A stretch of DNA of 64,000 nucleotides, taken from positions 37,929,703 through 37,993,702 of the forward strand of contig CP154954.1 of NCBI GenBank assembly GCA_039621445.1, written 5' to 3'. The first letter of the stretch is position 1; every line of letters begins with the position of its first letter. Below the pieces are notes generated by a model. It worked only from the letters and a program-made list of their open reading frames with translations. It had not been told where the DNA came from and made no database searches. The DNA is from Euglena gracilis. Lineage: Eukaryota. Made by a program: the position numbers and the translations under genes. Shown one piece after another: positions 47,757-58,979 of this stretch.

Positions 47757-50700
47757 TAATTTTTGGCGACTGAATTCCTCCTGGCAGGGGAGGGGCCCCG
47801 CCCCCCTGCACCCCCCGCCAAAGAACAAAATCCCTTTGTGTGTGCAAGGCCCCTCATCCACGGGGTAAACACTGTGAATAAACTTGTAAAGCTAACTTAG
47901 CCAGCTGACAGCTTCCTAGCAGGGGGAGGCTGCCCCCCCCTTCCCAATAACAAAATGCCTTTATGTGTGCACAGCTGTGCTGGGCCCAAACAATTTGGGC
48001 GAAAGTTCACCGTTGTGAGGCAGTTTGCAGGCTCATCTGTGGAACCTGTTGCGACCTCTCCTCGGAAACCTTCATTCTTGCTCACGGTCTGCAGCGCCCC
48101 GTCCATTAGAGGTGAGCCGTCTGCGGCATGCCCCTGTGTGCGCCCGCAGTTGAACCCATGAGCAGCGGCGACACACTGCAGGGGTTGGATCACGCGAACG
48201 TGTGCAGGACTGGTGTCTGACCCACTCCTTTGTGTGGGGACCCCCAGTCATCAGTACTTGTTAAGGCCAGCCGGATGGAAGAAAGCGCAACCCCGGGAGA
48301 AAAGGGAACCCACTCCATTTGTGAAGAGCCATAGTGTGAGCCTCTGAGCCTACCGCCATGACTGAGTCACCACCACCTGAACCAGAGCCTGAGCATCAGT
48401 CCACACTGCAGGACATCGAGGAGATCCGTCATAGGAAGTGTGCACATATATGCATATTTGCGCTATCGTGCGCCTGAGGGGGATGTCCCCCGTGCGCAGG
48501 TAGGCATTATTGTGCCATGCGATGTGCACACGTTGTTCCGGGCTGGTGGTGTTTTCAAACACCACAAGGTCACGGACTGCGGACGGTCTGGGGGTTCCTT
48601 TGGCAAAAGTCTGAAGTGCCGCACAGGCCGTCTAAGACGTTTGCCACTTCCCACAGGCCCTGGGAAACGAAAGAGTTATTTAAAGTCAGGCCAGGTTTTT
48701 CGGGGGGTGGTGACCAGGGTCATGTGCACCGCCCCTCCCAACAACCCTTGATGCCTTTACCTTAAAGCAACTTTTGGCTGCGAGCAACATGAACGGCTTT
48801 TTTTGACTGATTCTCCAATTTTTCTTTCGTTATTTTGACTCCAAAATGACAAAAAAAGAAAGGTGGGGTTGCAAAGACTGGCAAATCCACTCTGCGGGGA
48901 GGGGAAGTGTAACAAGACGCCTCAAAGCATGCAATGCAAAAAATACAAAAAAATGCAAAATTGTTTGAAGAGCTCTCCTGGGTTGTACGTTTTTTTGGAG
49001 AGATTTTTTGGAGAGATAAAATTTTTCACCCTCTGGACTCTGGAGAAACATTCCATTCACTGTGTATTATTTTTTTTCCGCATTTCCCCCCAAAAACAAA
49101 ATGAAACTGCCTTGCAATTCATGTTTAAAAAGTTCTAAGCAGTCAAAGCAAACCAGCAAGATACCCCATCTTCGCATGGGCAAGCCAATGCCTCACGCAG
49201 GAATAAAAAAAATCGAAAAATCATTGTGTCATTACAATTTCTGGCAAATCATTTTGACATGAAAAGGTTATCCTCCCTTTCAGCATGGTGTAGGTGGGCT
49301 TGAATCAAGACCCTCAGGGGCAGGCTTCTGCTTAAGGGTTCGCAATATCCCCCCGGGGGTAGTGCACGAGAAAAACGGACGAGAAGCATATTTGGATTGG
49401 GGGCAGAAATGTGTCCACAGGGCAGACTTCTACGGAATCAAGGTAAACGACAACAAAATCCTGCGGCAGTGCAGTGCATTGTTTTGTATCGCAGCGAAGT
49501 GGCAGTGGCGTTACAATGCTTTGGGTTTGAGAACAAAGAGGAACGTCGGTGCAGTGGTGGTGTGCATTTTGAGGCTCTCAGGTACTGATGTGCCTCAACT
49601 CCTACGTGTGGACCCCCCAGGGGTCCTTTAATGCAATCAACAGGGATTTTGCCCAACCTAGTTTTAAGATGAGGCCTGGGATTATTACTGAGGGACCCCG
49701 CACAGCAATCAAGTTTGATGGTAAGCAAGGACAGGGTTGGAGTCTCTGAGCTTCTCTTTGCGGTAAGAGCGAAGCTCACCCAGGAGGAAAGGTGTCTGAT
49801 CCCCATCCCCCCTTGGTTGGAAATGAAAACTGCATTATCACCATGACCCCAGCCCCGTTCCGAGGATTTCTTTCCTGTCGCAAGCGACTCCATCCCAACT
49901 TTCTGAATCACCTCTGTTTGACCCCCAACTCCCCGCCAGGCCCAATTTATTCAGCCAACAAGGGGTCCAAACTGGGTAGGATTAGCCACCCCCCCCAGTT
50001 TCGACCCCTGGCCCCCCCCAGGAGGTGGTTGGATGGGTGGGTGGGTGCGGACACCCCTCCCCTAAAAATATCTCTGATTTTATGATGTCCTCTGATAAAA
50101 TATGGAAACAAAAGGTATGATTGTGACATGAAGGTTTGATTGCATTGTGTTTTGGGAACCTGTGGTATTTTGCTTTCATGTTTAACGTTGGAGAAATATG
50201 ACAGTGTTTTTGGCATTGTCTAAAGAAAATTCAAGGTGCATTCCACAGATTGTCACAGGTGTCTTCACCCTCGGCTGGTCCTTGAACCAAATTTTCCAAG
50301 TCTTCATGATTCTCGAGGTAGGTGGGGGTTTGACATCCACCCCCCTCCCCGTGTCGGGAGGGGGCAGCCCTCCCCTCAGGGCCTCCCATGTATTCCTGCC
50401 CAACCCCAGCCAGCAGCCCTCATCCAGCCTCTGAGCTGGCTCCCTCATCCCAGGGTTTGTTTGAGAAGGGCAAGCTTTCTTCTCGACAGAAGTACATTTA
50501 TCTTCTTATTAGGAATTAATGTGGGGATGGGGGACATGCCGGTTTTGGCTAAACCTGTTCCTAAAAAATCCCATCCGAAACCATTGAAACCATTGAAATT
50601 GAGAACCCCCAAACCACGCTGGATTACTCTGGATGTCTTTCTGGTCCTTTACCCATGTCCTGTCAGTGGGACCCCCTAGGGGTGTATCTGCAGCACAAAT

Positions 50701-50875
50701 AAAAAAGCATAAAATATGTAGGGGGACCTCCTTAAATCATGTAGGTAGAACACCCTGTATATCATTTCTGCACACCCTCGCCATGGTTTTCCAATACTGG
50801 CATATCTGGGCTCAAACCACAAACCACGTTTTTTTTAAAGCATTTTCTATTGGCAATTCCACCCTTATTTTGCAG

Positions 50876-50995
50876 GAGGTGGATTTGCTCGTCGACGCTT
50901 TTGATTACAATAAAGATGGAAAAGTTTCTTATTTGGAGTTCTGCAATGCCATCACCAATGGTCCTTGGACACCTCTGAATGTGCAGGAGCGCAAA
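50876..50995 (+). CDS. EF-hand protein exon (EVDLLVDAFDYNKDGKVSYLEFCNAIT...)
   Basis: EF-hand loop DYNKDGKVSYLE. Acceptor TTTTGCAG in phase with the previous exon. Exon end is 50995 or 51009. Confidence 0.9.
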
Positions 50996-51064
50996 GTTGA
51001 AAGCCTGAGGTCATTGTGCTCCCTCCCTTGCAGGTTAATGGGCAGGTTTGGGCACAATGAGGAT

Positions 51065-51324
51065 CAGGCTTCTTTGGGGCTGGGTGGGTCCAGGGCCGGG
51101 CTCCCATGGAGGGCGGGTTGGGCCGGAGGCTCGGGTATGGGTCGAAATTTTTTTCGCTTCACATCATACGTACATTCATAAGTTCATGCCTGAGCTTATT
51201 TGGAAAAATCGCTTAGACAACCGGATTTTCAGGGGGGTACCCCGGGGGGGGGGGGTCATGCGCCGGCTGCAGTGAGTGGAGGGACCCCTCACTCCACTCC
51301 CCTGGGGCCTTAGAAAGAATCCTG
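51065..51324. mobile_element. hAT-like MITE
   Basis: CAGGCTTCTTT / AAAGAATCCTG; flanks ATGAGGAT / ACGAGGAT. Confidence 0.75.
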
Positions 51325-51688
51325 ACGAGGATGGGTAAATGCCAAAGTGGATGGGTCAGGACAATCACAATCCCACATGTTCCTGTGGGCACAAGGCCTG
51401 CATTTTACCATGGTTTGGATTTGGTGTTGCGGTTGGCGCTGACTGAACTTCTTCAGGGCAATTGTCTTCACCAGGGCGCGCTAAGCCAAAAGGGAACCCA
51501 CCCCTGGGGGAGGGGGAGCCAGACCCAGTTCCACCCCTTGTCCAGCCAGGTGGGGATTCGCCCCAATGTGTTTATTTGCACGCCCAATCCACCAGGGCAA
51601 ATTTTGGAAAGGACAACATGAAAAGACTACAGCAAATTTTTTCGGCTGCAGCAAATTCCGTGTGAGGTCAGTGGGGGGGCATTGCTTA

Positions 51689-52072
51689 ACCCCCCCCCCC
51701 CCACTTATAAACCCCCCGGGGTTAGTAGGATCCGGTTTGGTTGGTCGGCCGAAGGGGAGGGGGTCAGTAAGTGGGGGGGTTTATAAGTCCCGGAATTGTT
51801 GGTGAAAATCCGAACCTCAAAAATGACCCCGAAACCGGCAATTTTTGGCAAAATTTGGTCAAAAATGGCATTTTTGATCATGGTCGATCTCAAAAAAGGG
51901 CCAAAAATCAGTTTTTGGGTGGTTTGAGGCAAAAAAATCGTCCCCGGCGGCTTTCATTTTCCTTCCCCGAAGGGGGGGGTTTATAAGTCCCGGTTTGGTT
52001 GGTCTGCCTGAGGGGGGGGGTTAGTAAGTGGGGGGGGTTAGTAAGTGGGGGGGGTTAGTAAGTGGGGGGGGT
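51689..52072. mobile_element. TA-flanked MITE with a reiterated right end
   Basis: ACCCCCCCCCCCACTTA left end; TAAGTGGGGGGGGTTAG occurs three times at the right end. Confidence 0.65.
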
Positions 52073-53532
52073 TAGTGTGTCCCAGCCGAGGGTCATTTGC
52101 AATTTTTGAACAATCGCCCATGTCGTTTTCCATTTCCAAAAAACCAGGCAGAAATTTTTTTGAAAACCAGTCAGTCATTTTTTGCCCTCTCTTCTTTTGA
52201 CTCCTGCCCCACCCCATCCTGCTCATGACCAGGCTTCAATTTGTCGTAAATCAGTCCACCGGCCCAGCCAGACCCCCCCTCCTCCCCCTCCTCCTCTTGG
52301 TCCCTTTTCGTTCCGGCAGGAGCGATTTTCGGCCTAAGTCTCCTCCAGCACAAATTTCCGTACCCAAAGAAATGGTTTTGGCTGGGGTCCCAGATTTTGG
52401 ATCATTTTGGGACCCCCCAAAAAATGCAAAGAAAAAAGAGCAAAGCCCAATTGTGGCGCCAGGTGGCGGGCTGGGGAGCCGGGGGCGATTCCCCCTCCCC
52501 CCAAATAGGCCCACAACCCCCAAGTCCATTTTGTCATTACTTCTGGCTGCCTTTCAAGAAAAATTCAGCACAAAGCGCCAGAATTTTTTTCAGCTGGACC
52601 GACAAACCCAGACCCAGACCCAGACGGGGGGGTCGGACCCCCCGCCCCCCCGGGTATGCTCAGTCTGGACCATACCATTGATTTAGGCGTGTCTGACCCC
52701 ACTCTCTGGGGGTGACCGATTCTTTCGAGTGACTGACTGGTTTTTTGGCTCCAGACCCTCCTGGGGGTGGGGTAGGCCAGAATTGGCCAGGATTGGCCAA
52801 AAGTGGTCACTCATCGCCGAAGGCGCCGGAAAATTTTTTGGGGTTTTGTTCAAAATACATTGATTTTGAGCCATTTTGGCCGAGTGGCCAAAGTGACCCT
52901 TGGGAGGGGGGGTGGGAAGTGGGTGACTGGTTTTTGAAAGTGACTGGCTTGATTTTTTGACGGTGGAATTCTTCATTGTTTACTGAAGGCTTTAATTTAA
53001 GGCCCCAATTCAACCCAAAGTACCCCCAGTGACATGATTTTTAAAGTTTCAAAATCATGCCACTGGGGGTACTTTGGGTTTATTTGGGGTTTCACCAGCA
53101 ACTCCCGATTATATAGGGGCCTGAAAACATTTTGGGGTTTATAAACCAAAATTATTTGGTTTATAAACACACAACAAAAAGTTGCGAGCACACCCCCAAA
53201 TAAATCGGTGCGCACTTATTAGGCAAATCACTCTTGGGCTTGGACAATGGAAATATTTCTGTTCAGTTCTGAGAATTGTGTGTGCTTTCCGACCTGAGAT
53301 GTGACAGTGATTTCTTCTTTGGGAGTGCGCACTTTTTAAGGAGGTAGTTTCGGACCCTTGGGGTGCTGTTGTCTGTTGTTAGAGCTTGTTAGGGCACTGC
53401 GCACTTGTCAGGGGGGGGTTGAAAGCCCACCGATGGTTCATCCAGGAAAAATAAGAATTTTTTGGGTGGGTATGACAAGTTTTGAACAGAAATCTCCACT
53501 TTGGAAAAAGTGAACATTTGGGGGGGGGGGTA

Positions 53533-53722
53533 GGAGGTGCACAACGAAGAATTTGGTATAAAATCAGTGTTTCACCACAGTTGAACAGTTGAAGACCAAC
53601 GACGTTTGTAAACACCAACCAGAAAATTTTTTTTCTGGTGGTGTTTACAAACGTCGTTGGTCTTCAACTGTTCAACTGTGGTGAAACACCAATTTTATAC
53701 CAATTCTTCGTTGTGCACCTCC
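53533..53722. mobile_element. Fully palindromic TA-flanked MITE, about 190 bp
   Basis: GGAGGTGCACAACGAAGAATT ... AATTCTTCGTTGTGCACCTCC; the arms pair almost to the centre. Confidence 0.85.
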
Positions 53723-55506
53723 TATTCATTCACGGCCCCATCCCTGGGGGCGTTGAAAGTTGCTTGGACTTTGTTTGAGTTGAAATTGGAATTTTCTACA
53801 AAACTTTCATCGTTTTGACACGTCCATCAAGGGCAGGTTTTATCATATGAAGTTGCCCAATCAAAAAAACTCTTCAAAAAAATCTAATCTAAAAAAATTC
53901 AAACACAAAGCACAAAAAATGTGACACTGTTTTGGAGGCAACACATCTCCCCTTGGCAGGGAAGGTCAGGACGCTTCCCTGATCCCAGTCCTGGCTCCAG
54001 ACCGTACCATTGCTTACCAACCCCAGGGGGGGGGGAGGGGGGTCACTGAAAGAGGCATACAGCTCAAGAACCAAACATTTGGGCCAAATTTGGGATGATA
54101 GATGATCCCTGGGGCTTTGTTTTGTCCCTGATCATTTCTTTTGGCTCTTTTTTTTTCAGACCCTTCAAAGCTAGGGAGGAAAAGGGAAGGGGGAAAGTGA
54201 AATATCTTTTGGAAGGATGTTCCCACAGGCTTATTTTTTTTAGGTTGCTGCACATTTCCATTTTATTTATTTATTTATTTTCCAGATATTTAACAAGATT
54301 TCTTGACACCAAAAATGCCCGCTATGGTCCCCAAAATCGTCCAAACTGAGTTTTACAGTGGCCATCCCTCGGGCCACGCTTGTGTTTAGTGCAACCGGAA
54401 AATGGCTGTTGGCTGAACCGTGACAAAATTTTCGTGCCGAGTGTGGCGTGGCAATTTCGAAAGCACGCCGCAACCATGGCGCTGTCACATTTTTTAACAT
54501 TCAGCATTCGACAAGAAAAACTCTGGTAAGAACTTCTGTGCCACGTCCACCGTGACTGAAAAGAGTTGCTGTACCCCGACCTCTGTGAAATATCTTTTTG
54601 CGCCGTGGCAAGCGCTGCGGTGCACTCACTGCAAGTATGCTGCGACATTTGCAGGGGGATTTTTCTTCTGTTGCAAGGATTTCAATTTAAGTTTGTCATT
54701 GGCGAATTTTCTTTTTATTTTAAAGGAGCCCAGTGATCTCATCCCATTCCCTTCCTCAACCTGAAAACAAGTGATTTACACCTTACCCTTTCCCTTTGCA
54801 AATAAATTTAACCTGAACCTCACCTTCACCCATTAGGCTGATATGGGTGGGGAAGTTAATTTCTGAGGGGGTTCAAAGGGGGGGGGGCATTATCAGGTTG
54901 GGATTGTTCATTAAACTTTTACGAACAACGTCAATCACCTCAAAATAGGGTATCAGTCCATCGTGCGAGCGGCTCAAGGAGCTTGTCACTGACTGTTGTT
55001 GTGGTTCAAAATCAAGACCAGAGGCAATTGCAGAAATCTTGGTGGCAGAGATACGGGGGGTTTTGCTATTGAGAGGATGACATCGCTGTTTGAACCCCCC
55101 CCCCCCGCCCAGAAGCAACGTCCATTGCTTGATCTTCTTGAAAAGTGTGTAAACAGTACCAAGACTATCGAACGCACACCACCGAAATTTTTGGCAACCA
55201 ATTTTCCTTTCAAATTTCCCCCAATCGCCCCCCGGGGTTGGGTTGTCCAAACATATCACCGGGGGATATCAGTTGGGGGTTGCCCTTTCCAACTTCTGGC
55301 CTGGACATGTGGGCGATGGTTCTCAAGGATGTTCGAGATTAAAGTGGGAACGAGGCCAAAGTTGACAGGACAAATATATTTTGGTGAAATATGGTTTTGG
55401 GGAATTCAGTTACAAATGTGATCATCCGAGGCCAGCGTTGGGTGAGATCTGTTCAGAGTGTACCGGGACTTCACATTTTGCCGCGATTCATTTTGTTTCT
55501 TTTCAG

Positions 55507-55567
55507 GCCGAAGGAGCAACGCACCCCAAGGAAAGCCTCTTGGCTGCCAAACTGGCTGTTGATGATG
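55507..55567 (+). CDS. EF-hand protein candidate linker exon (AEGATHPKESLLAAKLAVDD); frame ambiguous
   Basis: Strong acceptor TTTTGTTTCTTTTCAG. Donor is GC at 55568 or GT at 55572. Confidence 0.55.
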
Positions 55568-56968
55568 GCGCGTGCAAATGTTCCTCAGTTGTTTTTCCCC
55601 AGCATTTTTCATTGATGATGAATTGAGCAACTCTCCCTCCACAGTGTGTTCGGCAGGTGCTCAATTAGTTGACTGATTTTTCTAACCAGGAAGGTGGTCA
55701 TTATGCATCCTGTATGGGCGGTTTTGTGCGAACATGGTTGCAAAAATTTGATTGGCCCTTTGAAAAAGCTTGAGACTTTTTTCAGATCATTACCACGCAC
55801 CTCCGTTGCATTGCCGCCCGTATTTCTTTTCCTTGGAGGGATGCTCTTTTTGCATTGGATGTTGTCATGACAGAAGAGAAAACGTCTTTTTTCGCAACAC
55901 ATTTTTTTTATGCCGAAACCCTACCTCTGGTGGTCAGGGCTCTGCGGGAATCCCCGCAACCCTATTGTGGTGGGTGGCCATCCTGGTGGGTGGGGGGGGA
56001 CCCCCCACCATGCCTTCCCGTATTTCTGGCGCCAATTTTTAGGTCAAATTTTCCTTTCGGTGCCAACGGTGCCGAAGGAATTTTTTTTTTGCGCCGGTGC
56101 TGTGGTGGGGGGGGTCAACCCCCCTCACCTCCCGGGTGGAGGTGGAGGGGGTCGACCACCCCCTCACACCAGGCCTTCCCGTACAGCCCTGCAGGTGAGC
56201 ATGGCGGAGGATGCAGATTTGCCTGCATTTTTGAGGTTTTTGCTGTGTATTGCTTGTTTTTTATTTTTATTTTTGGGGATTTATTATTATTATTATTAAC
56301 GACCACCCTGTTTCTCGGCAGGCTTCCCAACTGATAAAACTCCTCCAAAGAAGTTGCTCTGTAATTGATATTCGGGGAAAAATTAATTCAACAAAATTTT
56401 GATCGTCCCCAATACAACATGTTTTCCCATCCATTTTTGAGTTATCCGACTAATGACTTTGCAATTGGGGAGTTCCGAGACATCTGCACATTTTACGTGT
56501 AGGGATGTAGGATATTCTTCAGCTTTCTGTTGAATTGCCGTTTGTTAGAGCGACCCTCACCTGGCTAGTTTTTCAAAAGCCACAAACGAGGAAGAAAGAC
56601 CTCTCCACAACAGCTTCCCAGTCGATGTCCAAGGTCATTGGGAGGGAGGGGTTTAAAAAACCCAAATAAATAGAATTTTACACACCATGCCACCCCACCC
56701 CAAAGGGTTCCCAATAATGCAAGTCCAAGGCCAAACAGACCGGTGCCAATAACTAAAACTGCAAAGTGCAGTCAATTTTAAGTCCCAAAAGGGTTGCCTT
56801 AAAATGCACTTTTGGTTGCGCTCTTTCGTACAGAAGAGTTCCAAGCACTTTCTTGCCAGACTTTACACATTGCATTTGGGATTCCCCCAGCCATCCTCCT
56901 TCTGAAGTGGCACACCAATGCTCGCTGGCCAGTTTAACTGCCAATGAATGTGATTGACCCTGTGACAG

Positions 56969-57025
56969 CTTCAGTGAGGAGAATCCTCTTGCAGCTGAAG
57001 AAGCACCTTGAACAGAACAATGAAA
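56969..57025 (+). CDS. EF-hand protein exon (SVRRILLQLKKHLEQNNE)
   Basis: AG acceptor and GTATGC donor. Phase 1 joins the next exon as NLKGAF. Amphipathic helix preceding the EF-hand. Confidence 0.75.
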
Positions 57026-57982
57026 GTATGCATTTGAGCGAGATCGTTGCCATATTTTTTTCTGGATGCAAATTGCCCAGTACTTTCTGATGTGCATTTG
57101 TTGGTTTGACATCTTATAGCTAACACTCACTATATTTTGCCCGGTCTCTCCTTTTTTCTGCCTCCCGTCCCAAAATATTTTGCACACTCGTTTCAAAATT
57201 TTTGCCCCCCGTCCAAAAAACGCTGCCCCCTGTCCATTCTCTTTTGCCCAAAAAACCTCGAATTTTTGCCTCTGTCCTCCAAATTTTGGCCACCTCCAAA
57301 AGCATTCTCCCGCCATTTTCAGTTGAAATGCCTGCACAGAATGTTCCACAAAGACGTCCCAGAAGAGGAAGATACACATTAGAACGATATCTATCTGTAA
57401 ATACAAATGCGTCAAAAGGCAGTTTTGAAACATGATTACGGCTGGAAGGCAGTGGGATTGGTTCTTTTGTGACCTGTTCCTCTCCTCACAAAGACTCGGA
57501 TATTTTTATTGTGCCTCTTTGAACATATTTTTGTCCCCGCATGGTATGGTGGAAGGGAGGCTAGCGCGCCGCTCGGGGGGGGGGGGGCCGGGACCCCCCC
57601 CTGCACGGCCCCCGCGCGGCCGCTCGCCCCCCCCCCTCCCCCCACTGTGCCTAGCATAGCCAACAAAAAAATTTTGTGAAAAAATCGCGACTTTTTGAGG
57701 CCCAAAAATGGCAAAAAATGACCACTTTTTGGACCTGAAAATCACCGATTTTAGGATGCGCGCCGCCCACGCGGCAGCCCTTGGCCCCCCCCCCCCCCCC
57801 CCCCCCCCCCGCGCGCGGCCGCCCGTGCGGCCACTCACCTCCCCCTCAGCCCCCCTCCCCCGCTGTGCCTAGCCTCCGAGGTTGAATGACCCTCGTGCAT
57901 GGACCAAGAGTGCCTTTACCCCTCATTGCCAAACACGCTGTGCGTTGTGTTCACCGTTTCCCTGAACCTGTACCCCAAACTA

Positions 57983-58385
57983 CCCCCCCCCCTAGTCGTA
58001 CGACCACCCCTCATCTATGACCACCCCCCGGTCACAGGTTGCAGGTCATGGGGGTGTTATGACCACCCCCCCCGGTCACAGGTTGCAGGTTGCGAAAAAA
58101 ATTTAACCCCCAAAATAAGTCCCCCCACTGGCCGGTCCGTGCAAAAATCCATGAAATGGACCCCCCAAATAAGGTTCCCCCTGCCGGCGCGAAGCGCCGG
58201 ATTTTTGAAAAATGGGACATTTTGGGGGGGTAAAAAATGCCATTTTGGGACACTTTTCACACGCTTCTACGACCACCCCCTCATCTATGACCACCCCCCG
58301 GTTGCAGGTTATGGGGGTGTTATGACCACCCCCCCCCCCCCGGTCACAGGTTGCAGGAACCCGGTCATACGACTAGGGGGGGGGG
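57983..58385. mobile_element. TA-flanked MITE
   Basis: CCCCCCCCCTAGTCGTA / TACGACTAGGGGGGGG with internal TATGACCACCCC repeats. Confidence 0.8.
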
Positions 58386-58872
58386 TATCTCGTGTGAATC
58401 ACAACCATTACATTGCTGTTGATTTTTATTGTTCAGGCATTCATCCGCACCTCTCATTCTTTCCCCAAACACAGTTAAAGGTTTTTTTTTGTAGGGTATC
58501 CAACAAATTTCCTTCTGGAGAGCTGTCTGCAACATCCTGTGAAATTTCAATTGTTATTATTTGGATTGATGATCACGTTTATTTGGCGTATTTCTGTTAA
58601 TTTATGCTGATTCTGTTGGATGTTTCCTTTTCACATTAACGGGAAAAAAAAATTTTACAGCTGGCAAAAGTTTCGGGTCTCAAGGGCAAAAGTGATGGGA
58701 TTTGTGGCAAAAATTTTTACCCGGGTGGCAAATATTTCTTGGAACCCTGGCAAAAGTGAGGGGTCCAGGAGGCACCGTATTTTGGGACGGGGGGCAGAAT
58801 TTGGAGGGGTTAGCTATAAAGTTCTGACCTGCCATCCAAGACTGTGACCTGCCTCTCAACGACCTCTTTCAG

Positions 58873-58979
58873 ATCTCAAGGGCGCTTTCCTGGCTTTGGA
58901 TTCGAATCGTAGAGGCTGGTTGTCCAAGGCAGAGTTTGCGGCAGCTTTCAAAGACTTCCACTTCTCTATCACGCAGCAG
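58873..58979 (+). CDS. EF-hand protein exon (LKGAFLALDSNRRGWLSKAEFAAAFKDFHFSITQQ)
   Basis: AG and GT boundaries. Same length (107 nt) and phases as exon 44999-45105, indicating an internal duplication. The gene probably continues beyond the window. Confidence 0.9.

Noticed and set aside
47536-47868. Pro/Asp repeat protein or true telomere
   Set aside because: A degenerate interstitial hexamer tract, not a pure terminal TTAGGG array and with no coding support.
47900-48600. Minus-strand coding-like stretch (RVHIAWHNNAY) in the EF-hand intron
   Set aside because: No consistent splice path or recognisable domain; possibly a decayed element ORF.
54320-55260. ORFs of 108-141 aa in the EF-hand intron
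   Set aside because: No recognisable motif, and not needed to complete the gene model.
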